A stretch of 64,000 nt of DNA from Thermodesulfobacteriota bacterium. Its GTDB lineage: Bacteria > Desulfobacterota_D > UBA1144 > Nemesobacterales > UBA2774. The translations under genes and the position numbers were made by a program. The notes below the pieces were generated by a model. The model was given only the letters and a program-made list of their open reading frames with translations. It was not told the DNA's origin and did no database searches. The DNA is taken from positions 544,001 to 608,000 of the forward strand of contig OY729416.1 in NCBI GenBank assembly GCA_963422265.1, given 5' to 3'. The first letter of the stretch is position 1, and every line of letters starts with the position of its first letter. Below, one piece after another: positions 20,129-29,910 of this stretch.

Positions 20129-20389
20129 TTAATCCTTCTTTTCTTTATCTGGATTATCAATAACGGTTCCATTATGGAGAAGGTATATAACCCTATTAAT
20201 CGTATGATGAACGTTCACGTATTTATCCTCCAACTGAGATTGCGCCAACTCGAGCCAATCTATCAATATATCCGTAATAGGAACGTTTCTATTCTCGGCT
20301 TTAGTCCTAACCATCTTCTCCAAATCCTCAAGAGCGATTCCGAAAAGCTCCCATTCTTTTTCTCTCTGGCTCTGCCCGTCTTCAGACAT
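20129..20389 (-). CDS. Small hypothetical helical protein
   Basis: ATG 20389 behind AGGAG; 86 aa. Confidence 0.6.
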   Translation of the reverse strand: MSEDGQSQREKEWELFGIALEDLEKMVRTKAENRNVPITDILIDWLELAQSQLEDKYVNVHHTINRVIYLLHNGTVIDNPDKEKKD

Positions 20390-20569
20390 CTTCACTCTCC
20401 TATAACAGTTTATGTAAGGCATTTTATATTACAGGATGGAGAGAATATGACAATCCTACCGCACGCTACGGATGAAAAAGTTGGGATAGGCGAGCAAGAC
20501 CAAAGATTGACGAACAAGCCTTACAATGGGTAAATTCCTAGCTGTATTCTTCAAGGAAATGAATAAAAC

Positions 20570-22240
20570 ATGGCAAATAAACTAAAGTTAAGCACGAAGG
20601 ACGAATCCTTTAACGAAATACTTGCCAATGGAAAAAAATACTTTGTTCCCAGATTTCAACGCGATTACTCTTGGGAAGAGGAGCATTGGCAGGAATTATG
20701 GGAAGATATTAAAATCCTTTCCGAAAATCCTGAAGAACATCACTATATGGGTTACCTAGTGTTGCAAGAATCCGAGCGAATTATGCAGTTTAAGATCATT
20801 GATGGACAACAGCGTTTGACGACTTTTTCCCTGTTAGTGCTCGCCGCGGTGAAAAGATTAAAGGAAATATCAGATGAATCTAAGCGTGTAGAAGGGCTTC
20901 TGAACAATTTTATCGGTAGCGAGGATTTAGTGCATTTAAGAAGAGAAAACAAACTAAAGCTAAACCGAAATAATGACTTTTACTATAGGAGGGCGGTTAG
21001 TGGATACGAATTGCCGAGGCGAGGCGGGAAAAAGACGATAAATTTAATGAGAAAAGCGCTTGATTACTTTTATGAGCGCTTTGCCGAATACCCTACCGGC
21101 GTCGAGATAAGTATGGTAATACAGCAAATGGCTCAGCGTATGCTGTTCACCACTATTTACATAGGGGATGAGTTAAACGCCTACAAAGTGTTCGAAACCT
21201 TAAACGCTCGCGGGGTCAAACTCTCTTCTGCTGATTTGCTAAAAAACTATCTATTCTCATTGACTGACCCCTTGAATGACACCCCTAGTGAAGTGCTGGA
21301 TGAGTTAGATGAAAAATGGGAGAAAATAGGCGAAGACGTGGGAAATAAAAGTTACACCGATTACATCTTAACTGAGTGGAATAGCAATCATTTGTTAGTT
21401 CGTCAATCAGAGCTTTTCAAGAAAATTAGAATAGAGATCAATGATGGAGAAAAAGCGAGCTATTACCTAGACAAACTAGTGCAAAACAGCCAATTGTATA
21501 GCGCTTTATTAAAAGGTGAAGATGAATTTTGGAAGGATAGCCAGGAACACATTGATATTAAGAAGAATTTGAATTGTTTGTCGTTATTTTCTATCAGTCA
21601 ACCCCATAGCTTGCTTATGGTGTCTTATCTAAACTTCAAAGACAATTTTCATAAAGTATTAAATTGGATTAAAGTTTTTTCTTTGCGATACAATGTCATT
21701 TGCAGAGAACACACTGGAGAGCAAGAGAGATTGTATAGCAATATTTGCGTGGATATTTCAAGAGGTTGTAAGCTCTTTGACGTAAAGGAGAAATTGCTGA
21801 AATTGTATCCTAAGGATGAAACTTTCAAGCAGCATTTTGTGGACAAAACAATTCCTACAAAGCGATCCAATAAAAAGGCTCGTTATCTGTTAGCCAGATT
21901 AGAGGGATATAATGACACAGGAAAGCCTATTGATGAGGAACAAGATTTAACAGTGGAGCATATCCTGCCCTTAAACCCCAATGAGGCTTGGTGTGATAGT
22001 TTTGGAGATAACTGGAACTTATTTAATCAACGACTGGGGAATATGGCGTTAGTTAGCTCTACGAAAAACAAAGAGCTAGATCAAAAGACATTTGACGAGA
22101 AGAAAGAGATTTTATTTGATACTCCTTATAATATTAACAAAAACGTAAGTCAATATTCTGAATGGAATCCCGGCGCAATTGAATCAAGGCAAAGAAAACT
22201 AGCTGAGATAGCAGTGAAGTTATGGAGGATAGATTTATAG
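20570..22240 (+). CDS. GmrSD-type (DUF262 + DUF1524/HNH) putative type IV restriction enzyme
   Basis: VPRFQRDYSW, IIDGQQRLTT, FETLNARG (DUF262); VEHILP...LGNMAL...N (HNH). Confidence 0.9.
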   Translation: MANKLKLSTKDESFNEILANGKKYFVPRFQRDYSWEEEHWQELWEDIKILSENPEEHHYMGYLVLQESERIMQFKIIDGQQRLTTFSLLVLAAVKRLKEISDESKRVEGLLNNFIGSEDLVHLRRENKLKLNRNNDFYYRRAVSGYELPRRGGKKTINLMRKALDYFYERFAEYPTGVEISMVIQQMAQRMLFTTIYIGDELNAYKVFETLNARGVKLSSADLLKNYLFSLTDPLNDTPSEVLDELDEKWEKIGEDVGNKSYTDYILTEWNSNHLLVRQSELFKKIRIEINDGEKASYYLDKLVQNSQLYSALLKGEDEFWKDSQEHIDIKKNLNCLSLFSISQPHSLLMVSYLNFKDNFHKVLNWIKVFSLRYNVICREHTGEQERLYSNICVDISRGCKLFDVKEKLLKLYPKDETFKQHFVDKTIPTKRSNKKARYLLARLEGYNDTGKPIDEEQDLTVEHILPLNPNEAWCDSFGDNWNLFNQRLGNMALVSSTKNKELDQKTFDEKKEILFDTPYNINKNVSQYSEWNPGAIESRQRKLAEIAVKLWRIDL

Positions 22241-22320
22241 TTTTGGTTTTAGGAAATGCGGAATCTAATTGTTGGATAGGAAGTTCGAACGAATAAAAAA
22301 GGCTACATAATGGAGAAAAT

Positions 22321-23703
22321 ATGACAAAATTGTTTAAAATTCAACCTCTCAGATTATCTTTGTTGATAACTGTTGCTGCGTGCCTGATGTTTCTGTTTTT
22401 TGCTTTTGACTCTACAGGAGACGACGATACCCGTCTAAACTTTGTCAATAGATTACAAGTCCTCGCCCTAAGTGATGGAAACCTCGGCGAGGTGCGCAAG
22501 CAGCTTAATCAAGGCGCCGATCCTAACTTTGGTAGTTCTTCCACAGAGAGGAGAACACCCGTTCACGTCGCTGCTGAACATGGCTCGGTCAAAGTACTAA
22601 GCGTGCTCCTACAAGCGGGGGGGAACTGCTGCATCCAGGTAGCAAGCATTGTCTTTGATGCCGGTAGCGCTCCGCTCCACTTCGCGGCCAAACGCATTCC
22701 CGGGAAGTCAGAGGCAAAATCCATAGCTAGTATTCAAACGCTTCTGAAACACGGTGCAAAACCAAATGTGACTAATACGGATGGAAATACTCCTTTACAT
22801 CTTGTTGCTGAGTGGCATTCATCGCCTAGCGGCGTCCGGGCATTGTTGGAGTCCGGTGCAAATCCTAACGAGACTAATGAGGACGAAGATACTCCCCTGC
22901 ACCGTAGCGTCGCCAGTATTAGCGGAGGAAGCCCAAACATCATCAAAGCATTGCTAGATGGCGGAGCAAAGCCGAACGTGCTCAATGCTGCAAAAATGAC
23001 ACCTCTATTGCTTGGAGTTACAAACCTTAGCAACGATAGTAAAGCTATCACTGTTCTGCTCCAATCCGGAGCCGAACCCAATCGGAAGGATCCTCAGGGT
23101 AACACACCATTGCACATCGCGGTTAAAGGAAGGAAAGAAGAAGTAATAAAAGCCCTACTAGCTGGAGGCGCTGATCCCTGTATCAAGGACGCTAAGAGCT
23201 ACCTTCCCATACAACATGCTCACGAACCTCATATTAAACAGATACTTGATAGAGCAAAGGGGTCTGAGTCTGCTTGCAACCCACAGGAAATAGACCTTTC
23301 TTTTTCAGATGACGCGATAGAAGGGGCAACGGGAAATAAGGCTGACGCTGGAAAAAGTGGTAGCAATGGGGCAGACACTCAAAAATCAGGGCAGAATCCA
23401 AGTATTATATTACAACCCAGGTCAAATGACTGCACAAAAGACCTTACACCACAATGCCTTCAGGTAGATCAGTTACAGCAAAATGTCGTTGCACTTGTAG
23501 ATGCACTTCTCCCCCTAACCGAAGCACATTGTGCGAAATTCCAAAAAGCTGCAAAAGCACAACAGGCTGTTGTCAACAAACTCAGAGCCTGCTATGAATC
23601 AGAAACTCGTCAGCACTGTAAGAATATATTATGGTCTTCTATTCAAGAAGAAGAAAAACTAAGCCAATTACTTTGGGACAATGTTCCTAGTTGCCGCTAC
23701 TAA
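22321..23703 (+). CDS. Secreted/membrane-anchored ankyrin-repeat protein with Cys-rich C-terminal domain
   Basis: Hydrophobic N-terminus; about 7 TPLH-type repeats with LLxxGAxPN; G/S/N-rich linker; 6-Cys helical tail. Confidence 0.9.
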   Translation: MTKLFKIQPLRLSLLITVAACLMFLFFAFDSTGDDDTRLNFVNRLQVLALSDGNLGEVRKQLNQGADPNFGSSSTERRTPVHVAAEHGSVKVLSVLLQAGGNCCIQVASIVFDAGSAPLHFAAKRIPGKSEAKSIASIQTLLKHGAKPNVTNTDGNTPLHLVAEWHSSPSGVRALLESGANPNETNEDEDTPLHRSVASISGGSPNIIKALLDGGAKPNVLNAAKMTPLLLGVTNLSNDSKAITVLLQSGAEPNRKDPQGNTPLHIAVKGRKEEVIKALLAGGADPCIKDAKSYLPIQHAHEPHIKQILDRAKGSESACNPQEIDLSFSDDAIEGATGNKADAGKSGSNGADTQKSGQNPSIILQPRSNDCTKDLTPQCLQVDQLQQNVVALVDALLPLTEAHCAKFQKAAKAQQAVVNKLRACYESETRQHCKNILWSSIQEEEKLSQLLWDNVPSCRY

Positions 23704-23729
23704 AATATAATTAATACTTGACAAACGGC

Positions 23730-24329
23730 TTAAATTTCAAATACGCCTATTTCTTCCAAATAACTCAATATCTCTTTTACTCCCTGATCTATAGCCGTTT
23801 CGTGCGTTCGTATAACCACTTCGGGATTAAGAGGTTCTTCGTAAGGGTCGTCTATTCCAGTGAACCCTTTGATAACCCCTTCCCTAGCCTTCTTATAAAG
23901 TCCCTTTACGTCTCTTTCTTCACATACCTCAACGGGCGCATCTACAAAAATTTCAACAAATTCACCCTCTTCTACAAGTTCTCTAACCGCGTCGCGATCC
24001 CTTCTGTAGGGAGAGACGAAGGCAGACAGCACAATGTGCCCTGAATCTACGAACAGTTTTGAGACCTCTCCAATGCGTCTTATGTTTTCGGCACGGTCTT
24101 CTTCGGAGAATCCCAGATCCTTACAAAGCCCCATTCGGACGTTATCACCGTCAAGGATATAGGTTCTCTTAGATAATTGAATTAATTTCTTCTCGAGCTC
24201 GTTCGCCAGAGTGGATTTACCAGAGCTCGGAAGCCCTGTAAACCAAAGTATCAACGACCCATGGCCGTTGAGCCTTCTTCTATCCTCTTTCGTAATCTCA
24301 TGCTCGTGTGGAATAATAAATTTTTCCAT
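23730..24329 (-). CDS. cysC: Adenylyl-sulfate kinase
   Basis: WFTGLPSSGKST, LDGDNVR, RDVKGLY, FTGIDDPYE. Confidence 0.97.
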   Translation of the reverse strand: MEKFIIPHEHEITKEDRRRLNGHGSLILWFTGLPSSGKSTLANELEKKLIQLSKRTYILDGDNVRMGLCKDLGFSEEDRAENIRRIGEVSKLFVDSGHIVLSAFVSPYRRDRDAVRELVEEGEFVEIFVDAPVEVCEERDVKGLYKKAREGVIKGFTGIDDPYEEPLNPEVVIRTHETAIDQGVKEILSYLEEIGVFEI

Positions 24330-24413
24330 CAGATTCCTCCTATATGATGTTTTGATTATGATTGAATTATTTACGTCTAGGGAGTTTAGATTGTAAGGGA
24401 TATTGGAAAAAGG

Positions 24414-25556
24414 TCAAAGAATTTTATAAACTAGCTTCTCAAAACCATGACAGATGTCTATACACGCCTTATAGTAAAAGGGCAGCATCTGCATCATTAT
24501 AACGGCGGCTATTTTCCTTTTATAATCGAACCAGAAAAAGGTGTTTCTTATACCGCCCCAAGAGCAGCTACCGGGCGAGCGCAGATATTGATTGTCTTGC
24601 GTGGGCGAGGTTATTTGAAAACCGAGTCCAAACTTGTCGCTTTGCCCACCTGGAGGGAAATACTTGAATGAATCTGATACTGCGTCCTGTCTCATCCGAG
24701 CGACTAGGTTGCCGATTTGATTACTTGTCATAAGCCCAATAGACGCATCGCTGAGTATGCGAACGCCATCAAGCTCCCCTCGGTTAAGAAACATCATGAG
24801 AAACCTTATATAATCTCTCGAAGTAGAATATAATCCAGAATCTCCCATAATTTTATCTTCGTGTCCTTCCGGTCGTTCCACTTCAATAAAATCCCCTCCT
24901 CTCTTCCTATACGTTTTGACAAGGCGACTGCACTTTTCCCTCGGAACGGTAAAAAAAGTATCATTCATACAAAGGGGATCAAAAATTTTCTCTATGAAAA
25001 ACTCTTCAAGCCCCTTACCTGATAGCTCTTCCACTAGCTTGCCCAAAATACTTGTGCTGGGTCCATACATCCATGCTGAACCGGGGTCAACAACAAGCGG
25101 AAGCTCGATTGGATTCTTACCCGTTTTTCTCATAATTAGATTAACGGTGCGGTTGAAGTACTGGTATGCAAACCCTGACGTGTGCGTAAGCAAATGCCTT
25201 ACTGTTATCTCTTTTTTGGCGGGTCTTGCTTTATATCTGCCGCTATCCTCATCAAATTTCGTTACAACTTCTGCGTTCTTGAAAGAAGGAAGAAATCTTG
25301 AAATCGGATCGTCCAGCGTTAATACCCCCTCTTCAGCTAGCATCATTACCGCAACCGACGTTACTGGCTTAGTCATGGAATATACGGCGAATATAGAGTC
25401 CTTTCTCATTTTAGCGTTCTGAGAGAAATCCATAGTGCCAAATGCGCCTTCATAAAGTATTTTATCCTCACTTGCAACGGAAGCGCTCATGCCCGGAACG
25501 GTGCAATTTTTTGTTGCAATTCTAAGGAATTCGTCAATTTTAGCGGTGTCTCTCAC
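24414..25556 (-). CDS. Serine hydrolase, beta-lactamase family
   Basis: SMTK (SxxK), LLTHTSG, WGG. Confidence 0.9.
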   Translation of the reverse strand: MRDTAKIDEFLRIATKNCTVPGMSASVASEDKILYEGAFGTMDFSQNAKMRKDSIFAVYSMTKPVTSVAVMMLAEEGVLTLDDPISRFLPSFKNAEVVTKFDEDSGRYKARPAKKEITVRHLLTHTSGFAYQYFNRTVNLIMRKTGKNPIELPLVVDPGSAWMYGPSTSILGKLVEELSGKGLEEFFIEKIFDPLCMNDTFFTVPREKCSRLVKTYRKRGGDFIEVERPEGHEDKIMGDSGLYSTSRDYIRFLMMFLNRGELDGVRILSDASIGLMTSNQIGNLVARMRQDAVSDSFKYFPPGGQSDKFGLGFQITSPTQDNQYLRSPGSCSWGGIRNTFFWFDYKRKIAAVIMMQMLPFYYKACIDICHGFEKLVYKIL

Positions 25557-25712
25557 AGATGCATCCTGTTAGGAAATCCGCGAAATTATACTGATGGCAA
25601 ACGAAATTGTAAAACAAGGTAATAACGGAAAAGGGAGATTTTGAAATGATCCCGAGGTTATTTCAGTGCAGAATGAGCCTTAGGGAACTTTTGGCATTTT
25701 TAGCAAAGAAAC

Positions 25713-25744
25713 TTATTGACATCATTACGTAATGATGTTAATAA
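25713..25744 (+). promoter_or_regulatory. 32-bp palindromic operator overlapping a sigma70 promoter
   Basis: TTATTGACATCATTAC|GTAATGATGTTAATAA (1 mismatch); contains TTGACA at 25716 and a -10-like TAATAA at 17-bp spacing. Confidence 0.75.
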
Positions 25745-25751
25745 TAGGTAT

Positions 25752-25973
25752 GTGACTGCTGAAACAATAAAACAGAGGGCAAACCCAAACAAGATGCACA
25801 GGGGTTCGCTTTATATACCGACTTTGCTTTATGAGAAGCTAAGGCTCCATTCATTTGTATCCAGAAAAAGTCAGTCAAAAATCATTGAGGAGGCAATTTC
25901 AGAATACCTTGATAGAGCTATGGCGAGCGAAGAACTCAACAATGTAACGATTATGCACCGAAAAGGTGATTAA
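25752..25973 (+). CDS. Ribbon-helix-helix DNA-binding protein
   Basis: HRGSLYIP (beta strand) + TLLYEKLRLHS + KSQSKIIEEAISEYL. The ORF-track TTG at 25716 is the -35 box, so the start is more likely GTG 25752 or ATG 25794. Confidence 0.75.
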   Translation: MTAETIKQRANPNKMHRGSLYIPTLLYEKLRLHSFVSRKSQSKIIEEAISEYLDRAMASEELNNVTIMHRKGD

Positions 25974-26012
25974 AAAATTCCTTGACGAATAATTTAATTG
26001 GGAGAATAGTCA

Positions 26013-26492
26013 ATGACGGTAAAAGATATAATTAAACTTTTAGTTGAGAACAAGGGATGGTACCTGGTAAGACTTCGCGGGAGCCATCGTCAGTTTAAGC
26101 TAAGAAATCATAAAAAAAGAGTTACGATAAACTGTAAAATGGAAAAGGTGATACATGAGAGTACTGTTGATCACATACTTAAACATTGCTTTGACACAGA
26201 TAGTATCGTTGTAAAGAATAATTATAAAATTACGATAGAAAAGTCTCCAAATTGCTACTCCATCCGCTGCGACGATCTACCAGGATGCGTTGCCGTAGGT
26301 GATACGATTAAAGAAACGAAAGAGCTTATGATGGATTCTGTCCGTCTTCATTTAGAAGGATTGAAGCAGGACGGGATTATATGTCCTGACCCTTCCGAAG
26401 CTTCGGCGCTCTTCAAGCTGGAAGAAGAGGATACCGTTACGACAAAAGACCTTTCTCCAGAATGGCTACTATGTGAAAACCAAGTGTTTTAG
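26013..26492 (+). CDS. Single-chain HicA toxin-HicB antitoxin fusion
   Basis: aa 1-58 HicA-like (GWYLVRLRGSHRQFK...RVTI...TVDHILK); aa 71-128 HicB N-domain (YKITIEK...YSIRCDDLPGCVAVGDTIKETKELMMDSVRLHLEGLKQDGIICPDP); GGAG RBS. Confidence 0.85.
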   Translation: MTVKDIIKLLVENKGWYLVRLRGSHRQFKLRNHKKRVTINCKMEKVIHESTVDHILKHCFDTDSIVVKNNYKITIEKSPNCYSIRCDDLPGCVAVGDTIKETKELMMDSVRLHLEGLKQDGIICPDPSEASALFKLEEEDTVTTKDLSPEWLLCENQVF

Positions 26493-26525
26493 CATGTTAA
26501 GCTTACAGAGTCGAGGCTAAACGCC

Positions 26526-27995
26526 TTATTTGTTCATTATATATTCCACAAGCGTCCTTACGCCAAAACCCGTTCCACCTTTAGGGCTCCAGTTGCTGCT
26601 TTTTTCAAGGAATGCGGGTCCTGCTATATCTAAATGCGCCCATGGCACGTCCCCTACAAAATTCTCAAGAAACATAGCGGCAGTTATAGCCCCACCCCAT
26701 CTGTTGCCTACGTGCTTGACATCAGCTACGCTGCTCTCTAACTCAGCTCTAAGCTCGTCATCCATAGGTAACTCCCACGTTTTCTCTCCAACTTTATCGG
26801 AAGCTTCTCTAAGCTTATCAATTAGCGTATGGTCATTGCCCATTATTCCAGCAGTGTAGTTACCTAGTCCTACGATGCAAGCTCCTGTAAGGGTTGCCAA
26901 GTCAACAATTTCATCCGCCCCGAGCTCGACTGCGTATGAAAGAGCATCTGAGAGAACCAGCCTCCCTTCTGCATCGGTATTAACTATTTCAATGGACTTT
27001 CCATTGTAAGCCCTTATCACGTCGTCCGGTTTATAGGCTTTTCCACCCGTCATATTCTCGCTTGCGGCAATCAAGCCATGCACCTTTACAGAAGGCTTCA
27101 ATATAGCGATAGCCCTCATTATGCCTATCACGGTTGCGGAGCCTGCCATATCCATCTTCATCGTGCGCATACTATCAGGCGGCTTTAAGCAGAGCCCCCC
27201 GGAATCAAACGTGATTCCCTTTCCTACAACTGCTATACTCTTTCTAGTCTTTTTTGGAGGCTCATATTCAAGATGTATAAATCTGGGTTCTTGATCACTA
27301 CCGCTGGATACTGCCATTAGCCCTCCCATAGCCTTCTTTATAATCTCTTTGAGATCAAAAATTTCGCACTTCAAATTAACCTCTTCCGCAACTTCCAACG
27401 CAATATCGCTAAGTTTAGTAGGGGTTAGATATATTGGAGGCTCATTAACTAAATCTCTAGCGAGGTTGGTTGAATCAGAGACAGTTCTTGCTAAGTCAGC
27501 TTCTCTATCAAAAGCATCTCCTTTTACGCTGCTTGATATACAGATTACTTTCTTAGTTTTATTATTGGATTTATGCGTTTTATATTTGTTAAACTCATAA
27601 CTGCCGAGTAGTAAGCCTTCAAAAAGCGCAGAAATATACCCACTCTTGCTGCAAAACAAGGAATCAAAAGCGATGATTGAACAGTAATTTTTAACCTTTT
27701 TTGAGGCAAGTGCAGCGACCTTCCTCAGATTCACAGACGAGAATTCTTGCTTATTACCAAGCCCGAGTAGTAGAACCCGTTCGGAACCGATTTTTCCAAA
27801 GGTGCTGTTTAACATAAGGCTCTTGCCAAGCTCACCATCAAATTTTTCATCTTTCGTGATAGCTTTAAGTTTGCCTTCTAACGCTTCGTCAATCTTTTTA
27901 ATTGTTCCTGTTAACTTTGCACCCTTGAATATCCCGACGACTAAAACGTCAGCCTCTATCTTTAGGATATTCTCTTTGCTCTGAAAAATGTCCAC
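26526..27995 (-). CDS. pepA: Leucyl aminopeptidase (M17)
   Basis: GKGITFDSGG, MKMDMAG, NTDAEGRL, WAHLDIAG. Confidence 0.96.
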   Translation of the reverse strand: MDIFQSKENILKIEADVLVVGIFKGAKLTGTIKKIDEALEGKLKAITKDEKFDGELGKSLMLNSTFGKIGSERVLLLGLGNKQEFSSVNLRKVAALASKKVKNYCSIIAFDSLFCSKSGYISALFEGLLLGSYEFNKYKTHKSNNKTKKVICISSSVKGDAFDREADLARTVSDSTNLARDLVNEPPIYLTPTKLSDIALEVAEEVNLKCEIFDLKEIIKKAMGGLMAVSSGSDQEPRFIHLEYEPPKKTRKSIAVVGKGITFDSGGLCLKPPDSMRTMKMDMAGSATVIGIMRAIAILKPSVKVHGLIAASENMTGGKAYKPDDVIRAYNGKSIEIVNTDAEGRLVLSDALSYAVELGADEIVDLATLTGACIVGLGNYTAGIMGNDHTLIDKLREASDKVGEKTWELPMDDELRAELESSVADVKHVGNRWGGAITAAMFLENFVGDVPWAHLDIAGPAFLEKSSNWSPKGGTGFGVRTLVEYIMNK

Positions 27996-28191
27996 TAGTC
28001 AATCCCCCTCCTTAAGAGTCAGTTTAATTCCATCAATTATGATACATTATTTATACGTTAACCGATATTATTCTACTTGTCGGCTTCTTACTAATTAGCT
28101 TTGTATCAATTATTACACCGCTTCAAGGTTTGCCTATACACGCATATTTAATATATAATAAAATAGATTACTACAAAGAAGGAGGCAGCAT

Positions 28192-28644
28192 ATGCTTAGC
28201 AAACAGCTTAATACCGATCAGAATATTAGCTCTTTTATAGCTAGAGTTATGCTTGGTATCGTAATCTTGCCTCATGGCTTGCAGAAACTTTTAGGTATAT
28301 TCGGAGGGGCGGGATTCTCTGCAACTGTTGAGGGATTTGTCGGTAACGGCATACCTGCTACAGTTGCAGTATTAGTGATTATAGGTGAATCATTTGGAGC
28401 TTTAGGACTGATTCTCGGCTTTCTAACCAGAATAGCGGCCTTTGGGATTACTTTGATAATGTTGGGAGCCATGTTTATGATTCACCTTCCACACGGCTTC
28501 TTTATGAACTGGTTTGGAAACAAGGCGAGTGAAGGATTTGAATATCACATACTTGCAATTGGGCTCGGACTAGTCGTACTGATCAAAGGTGGAGGTAAGT
28601 GGTCAGTTGATAGAGCTATGACTAGAATTTTTCACATTCATTAA
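28192..28644 (+). CDS. DoxX family membrane protein
   Basis: R...PHGLQKL, GFFMNWFG, GFEYH, GGGKWSVD. Confidence 0.9.
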   Translation: MLSKQLNTDQNISSFIARVMLGIVILPHGLQKLLGIFGGAGFSATVEGFVGNGIPATVAVLVIIGESFGALGLILGFLTRIAAFGITLIMLGAMFMIHLPHGFFMNWFGNKASEGFEYHILAIGLGLVVLIKGGGKWSVDRAMTRIFHIH

Positions 28645-28683
28645 GATTAATTAGTATCTACCACATTTATAAGCTGGAGATCG

Positions 28684-29853
28684 TTGATGATTGAAACAGA
28701 GAGAATGACAGAACACGTTATGGACCTAATCAGAATTGACAGTCCATCGAAGAAAGAAAGGGAAGTTGCATTGAAGCTACGTAAAGATATGGAAGAAATT
28801 GGGGCTGAGTGTTTTTTTGACGACGTGGGGCAAAAGGTAAAAGGCAACGTAGGAAATCTAATTATAAAACTCAAGAGTAATACGTATAATGTCCCCCCGT
28901 TTTTCCTATCCGCCCACATGGATACCGTAGCTCCTGGTGAGGGAATTAAACCGAGAATAGAAAACGGCGTTATGAAAAGTGACGGTACCACTATCCTAGG
29001 AAGTGATGATAAAAGTGGCATTGCCGTGATAGTCGAAGTTTTAAGGACCCTAAAAGAGAGACAAATTCCACACGGTGATATAGAAATTGCGTTTACTATA
29101 TGTGAAGAGATAGGGTTGTTGGGAGCAAGATACATAGACAACTCAAAATTCGACGCTAAAAGTGGCATTGTTTTAGACAGCAGTACCCCTGACCGTCTTG
29201 TTCTTAGATGTCCCTCGGCTGAAAAGCTCGAGTTCACTATACACGGGCTAGAAGCACACGCAGGGCTTTGCCCTGAGGAGGGAATTAGCGCGATACAAAT
29301 TGTGAGTGAGGCAATATCTAATATGAGACTGGGTAGAATAGACGATATTACCACTGCTAATATGGGTATTATACAAGGAGGAAGAGCAACGAACATTGTC
29401 CCCAAGTTAGTTCACGTTGTAGGAGAAGCGAGGAGTCACGGCGAGGATAGTTTGAAATCTCAGGTGGATCACATGAGGAAGTGCTTTTGCGACGCCGTTT
29501 CTAACTATAGGCTAACTTTGAAGGATAGCAACGGTTTAGAAAACACAACCTATGTAGCTAGATTAGATGAAACAATAGAGAGAAGTTATGACAAGATGGA
29601 CGTTGACTCAGGGTCTTTGCCAGCCAGACTTGTTGAAATAGCTGTAGAAAATCTTGGTCATAAAATACAGCACCATACAAGTGGGGGCGGATGTGACGCA
29701 AATTACTTTAATAAGATGGGTATAGAATGCGTTAATTTAGGTACTGGAATGTACGAATTGCACACGGTAAACGAATATCTTGTGATGGAAGAATTTTTTC
29801 GCTGCGCTTCTATTGTGTTAGAAGCTATTAAGTTGAATGCGTCTATGCACTGA
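28684..29853 (+). CDS. M20 metallopeptidase, peptidase T-like
   Basis: SAHMDTV, LGSDDKSG, CEEIGL, GGGCDAN, HTVNE. Confidence 0.9.
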   Translation: MMIETERMTEHVMDLIRIDSPSKKEREVALKLRKDMEEIGAECFFDDVGQKVKGNVGNLIIKLKSNTYNVPPFFLSAHMDTVAPGEGIKPRIENGVMKSDGTTILGSDDKSGIAVIVEVLRTLKERQIPHGDIEIAFTICEEIGLLGARYIDNSKFDAKSGIVLDSSTPDRLVLRCPSAEKLEFTIHGLEAHAGLCPEEGISAIQIVSEAISNMRLGRIDDITTANMGIIQGGRATNIVPKLVHVVGEARSHGEDSLKSQVDHMRKCFCDAVSNYRLTLKDSNGLENTTYVARLDETIERSYDKMDVDSGSLPARLVEIAVENLGHKIQHHTSGGGCDANYFNKMGIECVNLGTGMYELHTVNEYLVMEEFFRCASIVLEAIKLNASMH

Positions 29854-29910
29854 GGGTAGCGCACTTGATAGAGGTTCTAACCTTTTTCCTCTTAGAACAT
29901 TAAAAGAGAC

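Noticed and set aside
24414-25556. Beta-lactam resistance gene
   Set aside because: No signal peptide; looks like a cytoplasmic family VIII esterase-type serine hydrolase.
25716-25751. TTG start of the RHH ORF
   Set aside because: The TTG is part of the TTGACA -35 box inside the palindrome.
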